DNA from: an uncultured Calditrichaceae bacterium | GTDB lineage: Bacteria > Calditrichota > Calditrichia > RBG-13-44-9 > J075 | Direction of reading: 5' to 3' | Length of the DNA stretch: 41,070 nt | NCBI GenBank assembly: GCA_964416895.1 | Contig: CAYQGB010000005.1 | Span: 1-41,070, forward strand | Shown: positions 18,961-28,808 of the stretch, piece after piece | Layout of the letters: each line of letters begins with the position of its first letter | How positions within the stretch are numbered: position 1 is the stretch's first letter | The notes under the pieces: model-generated | Databases searched by the model: none | Told to the model about the DNA's origin: nothing | What the model saw: only the letters and a program-made list of their open reading frames with translations | Translations under genes and position numbers: made by a program

Positions 18961-19518
18961 TTATTGGGAAGGGGGGCTTTCTACCAGATACACCCCGTCC
19001 TCTTCATCGACCTCTTTCATTTTCACCCGCACTTCCTCTCCGATGGAGGTGGGGATGTTTTTTCCCACGAAATCGGCTTTGATGGGCAACTCCCGATGCC
19101 CCCGATCCACCAGCACCGCCAGATAGATTCGCCGGGGGCGCCCGAAATCCATCAGGGCATCCAGGGCTGCCCGAACGGTTCGCCCGGTATACAGCACATC
19201 GTCGATTAACACCACATTTTGCTCGTCGATGGCAAAAGGGATATTGGTGACTTCCACCGAGGGCTGTTTCAGGCGGGTGCGGAAATCATCCCGGTACAGG
19301 GTTACATCCAGGAAACCGGTGGGTACGCTTACACCCTCAATCTCCTGTATTTTTTGAGAGATGCGCTCGGCCAGATAGGCTCCTCGAGTACGCAATCCCA
19401 CCAGCACCAGATTTTCGGTGCCGCGATTCTTTTCCAGGATTTCATGGGCCAGGCGGGTAATAATGCGCTGGAGATCGTCGGCGGTAAGCACCTGTGCTTT
19501 GATGCGTTCGGTCATCAT
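18961..19518 (-). CDS. pyrR: Pyrimidine operon attenuation protein/UPRTase
   Basis: LDVTLYRDD, DDVLYTGRTVRAA, DRGHRELPI. Confidence 0.97.
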   Translation of the reverse strand: MMTERIKAQVLTADDLQRIITRLAHEILEKNRGTENLVLVGLRTRGAYLAERISQKIQEIEGVSVPTGFLDVTLYRDDFRTRLKQPSVEVTNIPFAIDEQNVVLIDDVLYTGRTVRAALDALMDFGRPRRIYLAVLVDRGHRELPIKADFVGKNIPTSIGEEVRVKMKEVDEEDGVYLVESPPSQ

Positions 19519-19531
19519 CTACCTCTCAGGC

Positions 19532-19564
19532 AAAAAAATAGCCTTTGGAGAAACTCCAAAGGCT
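19532..19564 (-). terminator. Attenuator terminator upstream of pyrR
   Basis: agcctttggag/ctccaaaggct perfect stem plus T7 tract on the minus strand. Confidence 0.85.
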
Positions 19565-19627
19565 TCCAGAATCCACACCGTACAATTGGTTATTGATATA
19601 CCAAATAATTGGGGTATCATTAACACT

Positions 19628-19658
19628 CCTTCACTACCTCGCGGGGTAGTATTAAAGG
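19628..19658 (-). promoter_or_regulatory. PyrR-binding RNA loop (anti-antiterminator)
   Basis: Minus strand CCUUUAA-UACUACC-CCGCGA-GGUAGUG-AAGG fits the UUUAA...CCNGNGAGG PyrR-site pattern. Confidence 0.75.
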
Positions 19659-19672
19659 ATTAGCAGGGTTTG

Positions 19673-19746
19673 TGGGCGGTGCAGGACTCGAACCTGCGAC
19701 CTTTGCGATGTGAGCGCAACGCTCTAGCCAGCTGAGCTAACCGCCC
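19673..19746 (-). tRNA. tRNA-Val (CAC)
   Basis: Minus strand GGGCGGT...ttgcg-CTCACAT-cgcaa...GGTTCGAGTCC...ACCGCCCA; CCA not encoded. Confidence 0.96.
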
Positions 19747-19752
19747 ATGTGT

Positions 19753-20574
19753 TTACAACTTTGCCAGATACTCCTCCGCTTTGGGAACCAGCGGAGAATT
19801 CCGGTAATTATCCACAAAACTTTGAAACTCTTCCCGGGCGCGCTTGCGATCATTCAGGTGATAATAGCACAACCCCAGCTTAAACTGCGCGTAGTCGTTT
19901 TTGTTGGAATTCTTATACGTAAACACCTTTTCAAAAGCCAGAATCGCCGCCTGATAATCCCCCAACATGTAGTAGCATTCGCCGATCCAGTACTGAGCAT
20001 TATCGGCCAGGCTGTGCTCGGAATTCGCCGCCAACAAACTTTCAAAGACCTCGATGGCTTCCCGATAGCGATGACTTTGAAACAGATCCAGGCCGGTTCG
20101 GTAATTGCGCTGGTATTCTTCATCGCTCATGGAACCGGCATTTCCCACCAATACCGGCGCCCCCCCGCTTCCTGAAGAACGCTCCGATTCCAGCACCATC
20201 AACTGGGCTTTCAGATCGGCGATGGTCTTATTTTTTTCCCGAAGCTCCTTCTTCAGTTTATCCACCTGATCTTGCAACTCGATCAGGCGCTTTTCCGTTT
20301 CCGGTTCCGTCTGAGGAGGCTGGGCTTCCGCCTGAGGCTGCTGTTCATCGCCCAACAGTTGTAACAGATCATCCCCTCCCTCTTGCTGAGCACCCTGACC
20401 GGAATTTCCTTGCTGGGGAGAAGAAATGCCTAACAGTTCTTCAATCTCACTGTAATCTTCATCGCCGGCATAATTTTCATCGCCGCCGTTTCGGGAGCCG
20501 GCACAGCCATACATCAAACTCGCCAGCGCCAACGGCAACATCCACAATACAACCCGGTAAAGTGCTCGTTTCAT
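19753..20574 (-). CDS. cpoB: CpoB/YbgF-like TPR lipoprotein
   Basis: Lipobox LMYG-C, coiled coil, TPR segments ADNAQYWIGECYY and AQFKLG; start moved to ATG 20574. Confidence 0.75.
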   Translation of the reverse strand: MKRALYRVVLWMLPLALASLMYGCAGSRNGGDENYAGDEDYSEIEELLGISSPQQGNSGQGAQQEGGDDLLQLLGDEQQPQAEAQPPQTEPETEKRLIELQDQVDKLKKELREKNKTIADLKAQLMVLESERSSGSGGAPVLVGNAGSMSDEEYQRNYRTGLDLFQSHRYREAIEVFESLLAANSEHSLADNAQYWIGECYYMLGDYQAAILAFEKVFTYKNSNKNDYAQFKLGLCYYHLNDRKRAREEFQSFVDNYRNSPLVPKAEEYLAKL

Positions 20575-20599
20575 TTCCCATCCCGAAAAAGACCGGCCA

Positions 20600-20628
20600 A
20601 ATATATGCATGATTTTGCCCTCTGTCAA
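20600..20628 (-). promoter_or_regulatory. Sigma70 promoter TTGACA-N17-TATATT
   Basis: Near-consensus boxes with 17-bp spacer upstream of cpoB. Confidence 0.7.
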
Positions 20629-20702
20629 GAGTTAGTTACTTGTTCAACCGGGCGCATTGGGCTACCTGCTGTGTGCGACGAAACCCGGCCCTCCTCGATT
20701 TT

Positions 20703-21524
20703 CTAAGCGTCCAGGGAAGGGGTTTCCGGCTCAGAAGCGCGGGGCAAAAGGCGTTTTTTCCACAGCAACATGGCTCCGGTACCCAGCATAACCAGGCTGA
20801 TCAGCTGGTTAACATCTAATCCCGGAAAAACGAACATCTGGCTTTCATAAAACCGGAAAAAATCCACCGTGAACCGGGCAATTCCATAGAGCACCAGGAA
20901 AACTGCCGAGAGCGTTCCCGGTTGGGGTCGGCGGCGCTCCAGCCACATCAGCACTCCGAAAATGATCAATCCATAAAACGAGGAATATAGCTGTGTGGGA
21001 TGAAGGTGCACCGGCCCCATGATGGCGCCGGCAGGGCTGGTGGGAGGGAACTGCACCCCCCAGGGCAGATCGCAGGCTTTGCCAAAACAGCAGCCGTTGA
21101 GGAAACAGCCGATGCGGCCCAGGAAAATTCCCAGGGCCAGCGAGGGCGCGATGCTGTCGCTGATCTTCCAGAAGGGCAACTTTTTGTATTTGATATACAC
21201 CAGACCGGCCAGCAGCGCCCCGATCACCCCGCCCAGCAACACCAGCCCGCTCAGGCCGATGGAGCCATCCCGCTGGATGGGCAAAAAGGTGTACTCCCAG
21301 CGGCCCCGGAATTCGTCCAGGTGGAATACCACATACATCAATCGGGCGCCCACAATGGCACTGAGCATGATCACGAACGCCAGATTGATGACATCGTCTT
21401 TAGAGACGCCCCGTTTGGCGGCCAGGCGAGTGCTCAGGCTGATGCCGATAATGAAGCTCAACGCCAGCATCAGGCCGTAGCTGCTGACAATCACCGGGCC
21501 GATACGTACCAGTTCCGGATGCAT
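20703..21524 (-). CDS. lgt: Prolipoprotein diacylglyceryl transferase
   Basis: YG, GARL.YV, GRIGCF.NGCC.G, HPTQLY, RF..DFFR; ATG 21524 with GAGGTG. Confidence 0.92.
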   Translation of the reverse strand: MHPELVRIGPVIVSSYGLMLALSFIIGISLSTRLAAKRGVSKDDVINLAFVIMLSAIVGARLMYVVFHLDEFRGRWEYTFLPIQRDGSIGLSGLVLLGGVIGALLAGLVYIKYKKLPFWKISDSIAPSLALGIFLGRIGCFLNGCCFGKACDLPWGVQFPPTSPAGAIMGPVHLHPTQLYSSFYGLIIFGVLMWLERRRPQPGTLSAVFLVLYGIARFTVDFFRFYESQMFVFPGLDVNQLISLVMLGTGAMLLWKKRLLPRASEPETPSLDA

Positions 21525-21537
21525 GTTCACCTCAGGA

Positions 21538-22764
21538 TTAATATTCAAAACGGTATCGATAAAAGTTCAACAGCAGGCCGATCATCCACATGTTGGTCAG
21601 CATGGCGCTTCCCCCGTAGCTGATGAACGGCAGGGGCAGACCGGTCACCGGGAACAATCCCACGGTCATGCCTACATTCACAAACATGTGAAAACCGAGA
21701 ATGGTGGCAAATCCAATGGCGGCAATGCTGTTGAAACGGTTTTTGAACATGTTGGCATCGTACACGATGCGGCACAACAGGACGGCAAATAACAACAGAC
21801 CGATCAAGACGCCGAAGAAACCGAACTCTTCCCCGATGACGGCAAAGATAAAATCGGTGTGCTGTTCGGGAAGAAAGCGCAACTGTGTCTGAGAGCCGTG
21901 AAGAAAGCCTTTTCCGAAAAATCCTCCTGAGCCAATGGCAACTTTCGACTGGATGATCTGATACCCCGCTCCCAGGGGATCGGCTTCCGGATTCAAAAAG
22001 GTCAAAATCCGCTGCTTCTGGTAGTCCTTAAGGTGGTTCCATATTGCCGGGGTCAACAGCCCTACTCCTACATTCAGTCCCAGGTGCAACACCTTCCACC
22101 AGAACCCGCTCTCCCAGTATATCAAATAGATTAGCAGCAACACCATCACCGCTCCAAAAGCATAGCGATTGAACGACGCGGCCATCACCAGGCCGGGAAA
22201 AATAAACAGGGGCAAATTTTCCGGCTTCAATCCGGCCCAGAAAATGATCGGGAGGGCCAGCACGGCAAACACCAGGGCGGTTCCCAGATCCGGCTGGCGG
22301 GCAATGAGTACGAAAGGTACCAGAATGATGGTTGCCGCGATGGTAAAGGTTTTCCAGTGGTTAATATCCAGTCGGCGATCGGAAAGATACCGGGCAACCG
22401 CCAGGACGGTGGCGACTTTGGCAAATTCCGAGGGCTGAAATCCAATGCCGCCGATGCGTAGCCAGCGGGTGGCGCCGTAGCCGGTGCTTCCCCAGAAATA
22501 CACCAGAATCAGCAGAACAATCGCTCCCCCGTACAACAGATAGGCGGTCAGGAAAAAGAACCGATGGGGAAAGAGAAACGCCGTTGCCAGCATCACCACC
22601 AGTCCCATGGTAATCCACTGGATCTGGGAGATAAAATAATTGGCCTGAGAACCGGACTGGAGCAGCGATTGGGTAATGGAATAGATAGCCACCAGGCCCA
22701 TGGCCAGCAGTCCCAACACACTCCCCAACAGCAGAAAATCAATATCTTTGAGGCGAAATTTCAT
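21538..22764 (-). CDS. rodA: Rod shape-determining protein RodA (SEDS)
   Basis: GATRW, QPSEFAK, QPDLGT, LPEQHTDFIF, PFISYGGS; follows mrdA. Confidence 0.95.
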   Translation of the reverse strand: MKFRLKDIDFLLLGSVLGLLAMGLVAIYSITQSLLQSGSQANYFISQIQWITMGLVVMLATAFLFPHRFFFLTAYLLYGGAIVLLILVYFWGSTGYGATRWLRIGGIGFQPSEFAKVATVLAVARYLSDRRLDINHWKTFTIAATIILVPFVLIARQPDLGTALVFAVLALPIIFWAGLKPENLPLFIFPGLVMAASFNRYAFGAVMVLLLIYLIYWESGFWWKVLHLGLNVGVGLLTPAIWNHLKDYQKQRILTFLNPEADPLGAGYQIIQSKVAIGSGGFFGKGFLHGSQTQLRFLPEQHTDFIFAVIGEEFGFFGVLIGLLLFAVLLCRIVYDANMFKNRFNSIAAIGFATILGFHMFVNVGMTVGLFPVTGLPLPFISYGGSAMLTNMWMIGLLLNFYRYRFEY

Positions 22765-24644
22765 TGCGGTTCATCCTCGATGATTTCGGGGGTTTCTCCG
22801 GTTTCCGGCTCCAGCGCCCCGGCGGCCTGCAAGCTATCCTGACGGGCCTGTTCCCGTCGTTTGGCCCACAAAGCCCGCAAAAATCGCTGTTCCTCCTGAT
22901 AGTCGTACAATCCCCGGTAGTAAAAATACCGCCGCAGAAATTTTCCCGCAATGGGAGCGGCTACCGCTCCCCCCGATCCTCCGTTCTCCACCAGCACGGC
23001 CACGGCGATCTCCGGGTTTTCATAGGGGGCAAATCCGATATACCAGGCATGGGGTTTTCCGTGGGGATTCTGGGCCGTGCCGGTTTTCCCCGCCCCGGTA
23101 AGGCCGTACACTCCGGCCCGCCAGCCGGTGCCCCCGGCCACCACCTGGCGCATGCCTTCGCGAACAAATTGAAACACCTCCGGCTTGATGTCTTCAATAC
23201 GATGTGGCCGGGGATGATAGTTTTCTACTTCCCCGGTGATTTTATCCACCAGCCGATACCGCAGATGAGGGGGATAGTACACTCCACCGTTGGCCAGAAT
23301 CATGGCAAATTGGGCCATTTGCAGGGGAGTGACCAGCAGCTCTCCCTGACCAATGGCCAGATTCGCCAGCATGCCGGTGGTCCATCGGCCGGGACCGTAT
23401 TTCCGATCGTAATACTCCCGGCTGGGCACCAGACCGGGATTTTCCGAGGTCAGTTCTATCCCGGTTTTTTTGCCGAACAAAAATTTCCGGCTGTATTTGC
23501 TCCACAGGTCGATGCCGATTTTCTTGCCCAGTTGAAAGAAATAGACGTTGCAGGAGTTTCGGATGGCGGAAATCAGGTTGATCTCTCCGTGTCCATCGGC
23601 AAACCAGCAGTGCACCACCCGCCGCCCGATGCGGGTATAGCCGGGACAAAATGCCGTCCAGTAGGGGGTAATGATTCCTTCGTTCAGGGCGGCAATGGCG
23701 GCGACCATTTTGAAGGTGGAGCCGGGGGGATAGGCCGCCTGGGTGGCTCGATCAAACAGGGGTTTAAGGGTATCGCTGATCAAACGATGCCATAGTTCCC
23801 GATACTGTCCCAGATCGTAATTGGGCCGGGATACCAGAGTCAATACCTCCCCGTTCTGCACATTGATGGCCACCAGAGCGCCGGTGCGGTCGCCGAACAG
23901 GGAATCGGCGTATAGTTGCAGGCGAGCGTCGATGGTTAAATACAGGTCTTTCCCCGGAATCGGGGGGGTATCTTTTCCGGAAGAGACTTCTCCGACAACC
24001 CGCCCCAGGGCATCGACTTTGAGATAGCGGTAGCCTTTTTTGCCCCGAAGGGCGGCATCCATCACCCGCTCGACGCCTTTTTTGCCCACCAGATCCCCCT
24101 GCTCATATTCCGGATTTTTTCCCAGTTCGTTCTCGCCAATCTCCCCCAGCGGCCCCAGCACATGGGCAAAGCTTCGGGAAAAGATGTAGTTGCGCCGCGG
24201 TTCCACCTTCCACTCCAGCCCCGGCAAATCCAGTTTGTTTTCCAGCAGGAGGGTCAGGGTGCGCTGATCCACGTGACGGGCGATTTTTACCGGCTGGAAC
24301 CGGCGGGTGGTGTGCAGTTTTTGGCGGATGACCCGGGGCTTTAATCCCAGCACCGCGGCAACGGTGGAAACGGTCGCCGGGGTGGTCAGCGCCGGTACCA
24401 GATAAACGGAGAAGGCCGGACGATTATCGGCGATCAGCCGACCGTTGCGGTCATAAATCAATCCCCGCACCGGTATCCGGGTTTCCACTTTAACGCTGTT
24501 CTTCTCCGATTTTTCTCGATAGATATTTTGTTCCACAATCTGCAGGCTGTAAAACCGAACGGCCAGGATGAAAATCGCCCCGACAATCGCCAGATAGAAT
24601 GCCCAGTGACGGGAAAGGATGATGCGGAAGTTAGTAGGAATCAT
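22761..24644 (-). CDS. mrdA: Penicillin-binding protein 2
   Basis: N-terminal TM, RG.I.DRNG, STFK, SCN, KTG motifs; mre context. Confidence 0.95.
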   Translation of the reverse strand: MIPTNFRIILSRHWAFYLAIVGAIFILAVRFYSLQIVEQNIYREKSEKNSVKVETRIPVRGLIYDRNGRLIADNRPAFSVYLVPALTTPATVSTVAAVLGLKPRVIRQKLHTTRRFQPVKIARHVDQRTLTLLLENKLDLPGLEWKVEPRRNYIFSRSFAHVLGPLGEIGENELGKNPEYEQGDLVGKKGVERVMDAALRGKKGYRYLKVDALGRVVGEVSSGKDTPPIPGKDLYLTIDARLQLYADSLFGDRTGALVAINVQNGEVLTLVSRPNYDLGQYRELWHRLISDTLKPLFDRATQAAYPPGSTFKMVAAIAALNEGIITPYWTAFCPGYTRIGRRVVHCWFADGHGEINLISAIRNSCNVYFFQLGKKIGIDLWSKYSRKFLFGKKTGIELTSENPGLVPSREYYDRKYGPGRWTTGMLANLAIGQGELLVTPLQMAQFAMILANGGVYYPPHLRYRLVDKITGEVENYHPRPHRIEDIKPEVFQFVREGMRQVVAGGTGWRAGVYGLTGAGKTGTAQNPHGKPHAWYIGFAPYENPEIAVAVLVENGGSGGAVAAPIAGKFLRRYFYYRGLYDYQEEQRFLRALWAKRREQARQDSLQAAGALEPETGETPEIIEDEPQ

Positions 24645-25119
24645 CTTCTTCTTGCAACCAGTTGGTCAATAAAAAGGCAATGGGGATTCCCACCAACGAG
24701 GTGTATACCAGGTTGGGGATGATGAATTTCAGGATGATCACCCACCAGGAGATTTCCACCCCCAGGGTGTTGATGTAAAAATAGATCAAATCATGCAAGA
24801 AGCCGCTGATGAACAGGGTAAAGATGAATTCGCTGCGCTCATGGAAGAAATCGCCGATGCGCCCGGCCACAAATCCGGTGACGGTCTTGCTCAATGCTCC
24901 CAATCCCAACAGCCCTCCGGAGATGAGGTCGCTGATCACTCCCAGCAGGAATCCGGCAGTGCTGCCGGCATTCTGGCCGTTGTGCAGGGCAAAGATCACC
25001 AGCATGATCAGGATGAGATCCGGTCGCCAGTTCAGAATATTAATATACTGCACAAAGGTCACCTGAAGCACCAGCGCCACCGCAAAGGCAATCCCATACC
25101 GCAGGTAACGTCTATTCAC
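24631..25119 (-). CDS. mreD: Rod shape-determining protein MreD
   Basis: Hydrophobic, PDL, GF..G...D; between mreC and mrdA; GTG 25119. Confidence 0.88.
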   Translation of the reverse strand: MNRRYLRYGIAFAVALVLQVTFVQYINILNWRPDLILIMLVIFALHNGQNAGSTAGFLLGVISDLISGGLLGLGALSKTVTGFVAGRIGDFFHERSEFIFTLFISGFLHDLIYFYINTLGVEISWWVIILKFIIPNLVYTSLVGIPIAFLLTNWLQEEDDSY

Positions 25120-25927
25120 CGGAGGTTTTCTCCTGCTTTGCCGTGGGCACCACCACAAATACTTCTTCCAGAGCGTCGAAATTTACTGCCGGATCAACCC
25201 GAATTTGCTTGAAAAAATCGTATTCCGTCTCCTCAATCGTGGTGACCACCCCGATTTTGATGCCGGGAGGATAAATCTGACTGTTTCCGGAGGTCACCAC
25301 GACTTCTCCCGGCTCTACCTGAATGTTGCGAGGTATCTGCCGGAGATCCAGCCAGGAGTTGCCCGAACAACTGATGAAACCCACTTCCCGACTGTTTTGC
25401 AACCGCGCGCTGACAAACATGTTTTGATCCAGCAAAATCTGCACGATGGCCTGCCCCGGAGTGGTGGCAATCACCTTGCCCACCAGCCCCTGAGCATTGA
25501 TGACGGCCATGTTTTTGCGTACTCCTTCCCGCTCCCCGATGTCGATGAGCACGGAACGAATGCCCCGTTCGGTACCTTCCGCAATGACCCGGGCGGCGAG
25601 ATATTTGTAGTCGCTGCTCTCTTTTAACCGCAATAACCGACGCAACCGCACGTTTTCCAGCACAATTTCCCGCAGCTTCTGCTGGGTTAACCGCAACCGG
25701 AAGTTTTCTTCTTTCAGGCGATCGTTTTCCCGCAACAACTGCTCCCGGGTGCGCCAGTCAATTTTTAGCCCATCCATGAATTCGATGACCTGCAATAACG
25801 CCCACCGAATTCCCCGCAGGGAAGTGTCATCGCTGAAGTTCATCAACACGGTGGAAAGAAAGACGTAAATCATTAACAATACCAGGGGGCGCTTGAAAAA
25901 GGCCAGATATGGAGGGAGTCGTCTCAT
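25112..25927 (-). CDS. mreC: Rod shape-determining protein MreC
   Basis: TM plus coiled coil (ENVRLRRLL), GLVGKV, VVTSG, YPPGI. Confidence 0.93.
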   Translation of the reverse strand: MRRLPPYLAFFKRPLVLLMIYVFLSTVLMNFSDDTSLRGIRWALLQVIEFMDGLKIDWRTREQLLRENDRLKEENFRLRLTQQKLREIVLENVRLRRLLRLKESSDYKYLAARVIAEGTERGIRSVLIDIGEREGVRKNMAVINAQGLVGKVIATTPGQAIVQILLDQNMFVSARLQNSREVGFISCSGNSWLDLRQIPRNIQVEPGEVVVTSGNSQIYPPGIKIGVVTTIEETEYDFFKQIRVDPAVNFDALEEVFVVVPTAKQEKTSGE

Positions 25928-25980
25928 TGGCTGCAAACAAAGAGGTTTTAACCTGATTACGGGAGAGGTTGCGGGAGCTT

Positions 25981-26136
25981 CAGGGCGCTTAAGCGCCCTT
26001 GCTATCCGGCGGCGTTAAGGGCGCTTAAGCGCCCTTCATTCCGGGGCGGCGGTGGCCGGGATGCAAGCGAACCTCAAGGGCGCTTAAGCGCCCTTCCTGC
26101 CCGGGCCGGCGGCGTCAAGGGCGCTTAAGCGCCCTT
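25981..26136. repeat. Array of four 20-bp palindromes AAGGGCGCTTAAGCGCCCTT (REP/BIME-like)
   Basis: Copies at 25981 (first base C), 26017, 26076 and 26117; spacers 16, 39 and 21 bp. Confidence 0.92.
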
Positions 26137-26205
26137 CCCTCCCCCGGCGCCACATCCGGAAACCGGCATCCCCGGCTATCTCGAGAGTCCTGCCCAACCG
26201 GCCTC

Positions 26206-27234
26206 TCACAACCGCCGATTGCCCTTAATCAGCACTTTTTGATACCGGGCATAATTTTCCAGAATGCGACCGGTTCCCCGGGCCACGCAACTCAGAGGGT
26301 CTTCGGCCACATTCACCGGTAGCCGGGTTTCCTGCATAATCCGATCATCCAGTCGCCGCAGCAACGCCCCTCCCCCGGTCAAAATAATCCCCCGATCCAG
26401 AATATCGGCGGCCAGCTCCGGCGGTGTATGTTCCAGAGTAATCTTAATCGTCTCCACAATCGTATTGATCGGCTCATTCAGGGCCTCCCGAATCTCCACC
26501 GAGGTGACCTCTTCGGTCTTGGGAATACCGTTTACCAGATCCCGTCCTTTCACCGTGGTGGTAATTTCTTCTTCCAGAGGCAGGGCCGAGCCGATCTCGC
26601 ACTTCAAATTCTCGGCGGTCTTCTCTCCGATCAGCAGGTTATAATTCTTCTTAAAATACTGCACGATGGCTTCGTTCATCTCATCGCCGCCGATGCGGAT
26701 CGAGGTATGCAGAACGATCCCGTTGAGAGAAATAACCGCAATCTCCGAGGTGCCCCCGCCGATATCCACGATCATATTGCCCACAGGCTTGTCGATCTCC
26801 AGGCCGATCCCGATGGCCGAGGCCATGGCTTCCGGCACCAGCGCCACCTCCCGGGCACCGGCGCGTTCGGCGCTATCCCGCACCGCTCGTTTCTCCACCT
26901 CGGTCACCCCGGAAGGCACGCACACCACAATCTTATCAATGCTAATCCGATTGACCCTGGCCTTCTTGATAAACTCCCGGATCATCGCTTCGGTGGCCTC
27001 AAAATCGGCAATCACCCCGTCCTTCAGCGGGCGGATGGTGATAATATCCCGGTGCGTGCGTCCCAACATCTCCCGGGCTTCTCGTCCCACCGCCACAATC
27101 CGGTGATTATGCTCCTCAAATGCCACAATAGAGGGTTCATTGACAACGATGCCTTTACCCTTAACATAGATCAGCGTATTGGCCGTTCCCAGATCAATGC
27201 CCAAATCGGTAGAAAAAAAGTCAAACAGCCCCAT
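26206..27234 (-). CDS. mreB: Rod shape-determining protein MreB
   Basis: DLGTANT, EPSIVA, DIGGGT, TGGGALL. Confidence 0.97.
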   Translation of the reverse strand: MGLFDFFSTDLGIDLGTANTLIYVKGKGIVVNEPSIVAFEEHNHRIVAVGREAREMLGRTHRDIITIRPLKDGVIADFEATEAMIREFIKKARVNRISIDKIVVCVPSGVTEVEKRAVRDSAERAGAREVALVPEAMASAIGIGLEIDKPVGNMIVDIGGGTSEIAVISLNGIVLHTSIRIGGDEMNEAIVQYFKKNYNLLIGEKTAENLKCEIGSALPLEEEITTTVKGRDLVNGIPKTEEVTSVEIREALNEPINTIVETIKITLEHTPPELAADILDRGIILTGGGALLRRLDDRIMQETRLPVNVAEDPLSCVARGTGRILENYARYQKVLIKGNRRL

Positions 27235-27248
27235 AGTCCTGCGCATCC

Positions 27249-28808
27249 TCAATGTTTAAAGTGTCGTCTTCCTGTGAATATCATGGTCATGCCGTGTTCA
27301 TCGGCAGCCTGAATGACTTCTTCATCTCGAATCGAACCTCCCGGCTGGATAACTGCACTCACCCCGGCTTTAGCGGCTTCGTCGATGCCATCGCGAAAGG
27401 GAAAAAAGGCATCCGAGGCCAGCACCGTATCGGTCAACTCCCGCCCGGCTTTCTCCGCTTTCATTCGGGCAAACTCCACCGCATCCACCCGGGACATCTG
27501 TCCCGCGCCCACGCCATACAGCTCCCCGTCCTTCGCCAGCACAATAGCGTTGGATTTCACATGCTTCACCACCTTCCAGGCGAACTCCATATCCTCCCAT
27601 TCCCCATCGGTGGGAGAGCGTCGGGTCACCACCCGCCAATCTTGCGGTGTTTCCCGGAGATCATCCGGTTGCTGCAACAGATAAGCCCCCGAAAGCGGCT
27701 TGATTTCGTAGGCGCCTCTCAAAAACGTTTCCGGAGAAAGTTTCAACAACCGCAGATTTTTTTTTCGTCTTAGCCGTTCCAGCGCTCCAGGAGAGAAATC
27801 CGGAGCGATAATGCATTCCAGAAAGATTTTGCTCATCTCTTCGGCGGTGGCGGCGTCTATTTCCCGGTTGCAGGCCACAATCCCCCCAAAAGCCGACACC
27901 GGATCCCCTTGCAGCGCCCGACGATAGGCATGGATCAGATTTTCCGAATCCACCGCCGCCCCACAGGGATTGGTATGCTTCACAATCACCGCCGCCGGCA
28001 GAGAAAACTCCAGCGCCAGAGCGTAGGCCGCCTGCACATCCACATAATTGTTGAAAGAAAGCGGCTTGCCCCCCAACTGCTCCATTTCGGCCATCCCCCG
28101 GGGAGTTTCTCCAAATGGCCGATACAACGCCGCCGCCTGATGGGGATTCTCCCCGTAGCGGAGATCGGTAACCTTTTCCAGATGACAGGTCTGATACCGG
28201 GGCAGGGAGGCCTCCGGCTCTACCTGAGCAGAAAAGTAGGCTTGAATTTGGCCGTCATACCAGCCGGTGTAAAAAAACACCTCCTGCGCCCGCCGCCGAC
28301 TGTAGTGTTCCGGAATCGCCCCCTGATGAGCATTCAACTGCGCCAGAAACTCCTCATATTGCCCCGGATGATGCAGCGCCACCACAAACCGATAATTTTT
28401 GGCCGCCGCTCGCAGCAGGGCCGGCCCCCCGATGTCGATAAATTCCACCGCCTCCTCCGGCGCCAACCCCTTTTCCAGCGCCGCTTCTACAAAGGGATAC
28501 AGGTTGACCACCACCAGTTGAATGGGCTGTACCCCCAGCGTCTGTAAATCCTGTTGATGTTCCGGTGAGTCGGTGGCCAGAATGGCCGCATGAATTCGAG
28601 GATGGAGCGTTTTGACCCGCCCACCCAGCACCTCCGGCGACTGAGTGAGGGCTTCCACGCGGGTCACCGGGAGATGATGCTGTTCCAGAAAGGTAGCCGT
28701 CCCGCCGCTGGAGATTATCTCCACACCGTGGGCTTGCAGCCCCCTGGCAAGTTCGGTCAATCCCTGTTTATCCCAGCAACTGAGCAGGGCGCGCTGAATC
28801 CGTATCAT
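27249..28808 (-). CDS. purH: Bifunctional AICAR transformylase/IMP cyclohydrolase
   Basis: GRVKTLHP, IDIGGP, LRYGENPHQ, KHTNPCG, ASDAFFPF, RHFKH. Confidence 0.97.
   Translation of the reverse strand: MIRIQRALLSCWDKQGLTELARGLQAHGVEIISSGGTATFLEQHHLPVTRVEALTQSPEVLGGRVKTLHPRIHAAILATDSPEHQQDLQTLGVQPIQLVVVNLYPFVEAALEKGLAPEEAVEFIDIGGPALLRAAAKNYRFVVALHHPGQYEEFLAQLNAHQGAIPEHYSRRRAQEVFFYTGWYDGQIQAYFSAQVEPEASLPRYQTCHLEKVTDLRYGENPHQAAALYRPFGETPRGMAEMEQLGGKPLSFNNYVDVQAAYALALEFSLPAAVIVKHTNPCGAAVDSENLIHAYRRALQGDPVSAFGGIVACNREIDAATAEEMSKIFLECIIAPDFSPGALERLRRKKNLRLLKLSPETFLRGAYEIKPLSGAYLLQQPDDLRETPQDWRVVTRRSPTDGEWEDMEFAWKVVKHVKSNAIVLAKDGELYGVGAGQMSRVDAVEFARMKAEKAGRELTDTVLASDAFFPFRDGIDEAAKAGVSAVIQPGGSIRDEEVIQAADEHGMTMIFTGRRHFKH

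Noticed and set aside
22764-23795. 343-aa + strand ORF and similar ORFs opposite mreB and the ROK genes
   Set aside because: Antisense to well-supported genes
26056-26068. 13-mer ccgggatgcaagc shared with 40804-40816
   Set aside because: A single 13-bp match is expected by chance in a 41-kb window
25981-26136. CRISPR array interpretation of the palindrome cluster
   Set aside because: Repeats are only 20 bp and loopless palindromes, spacers are very unequal and partly similar to each other, and there are no cas genes or leader
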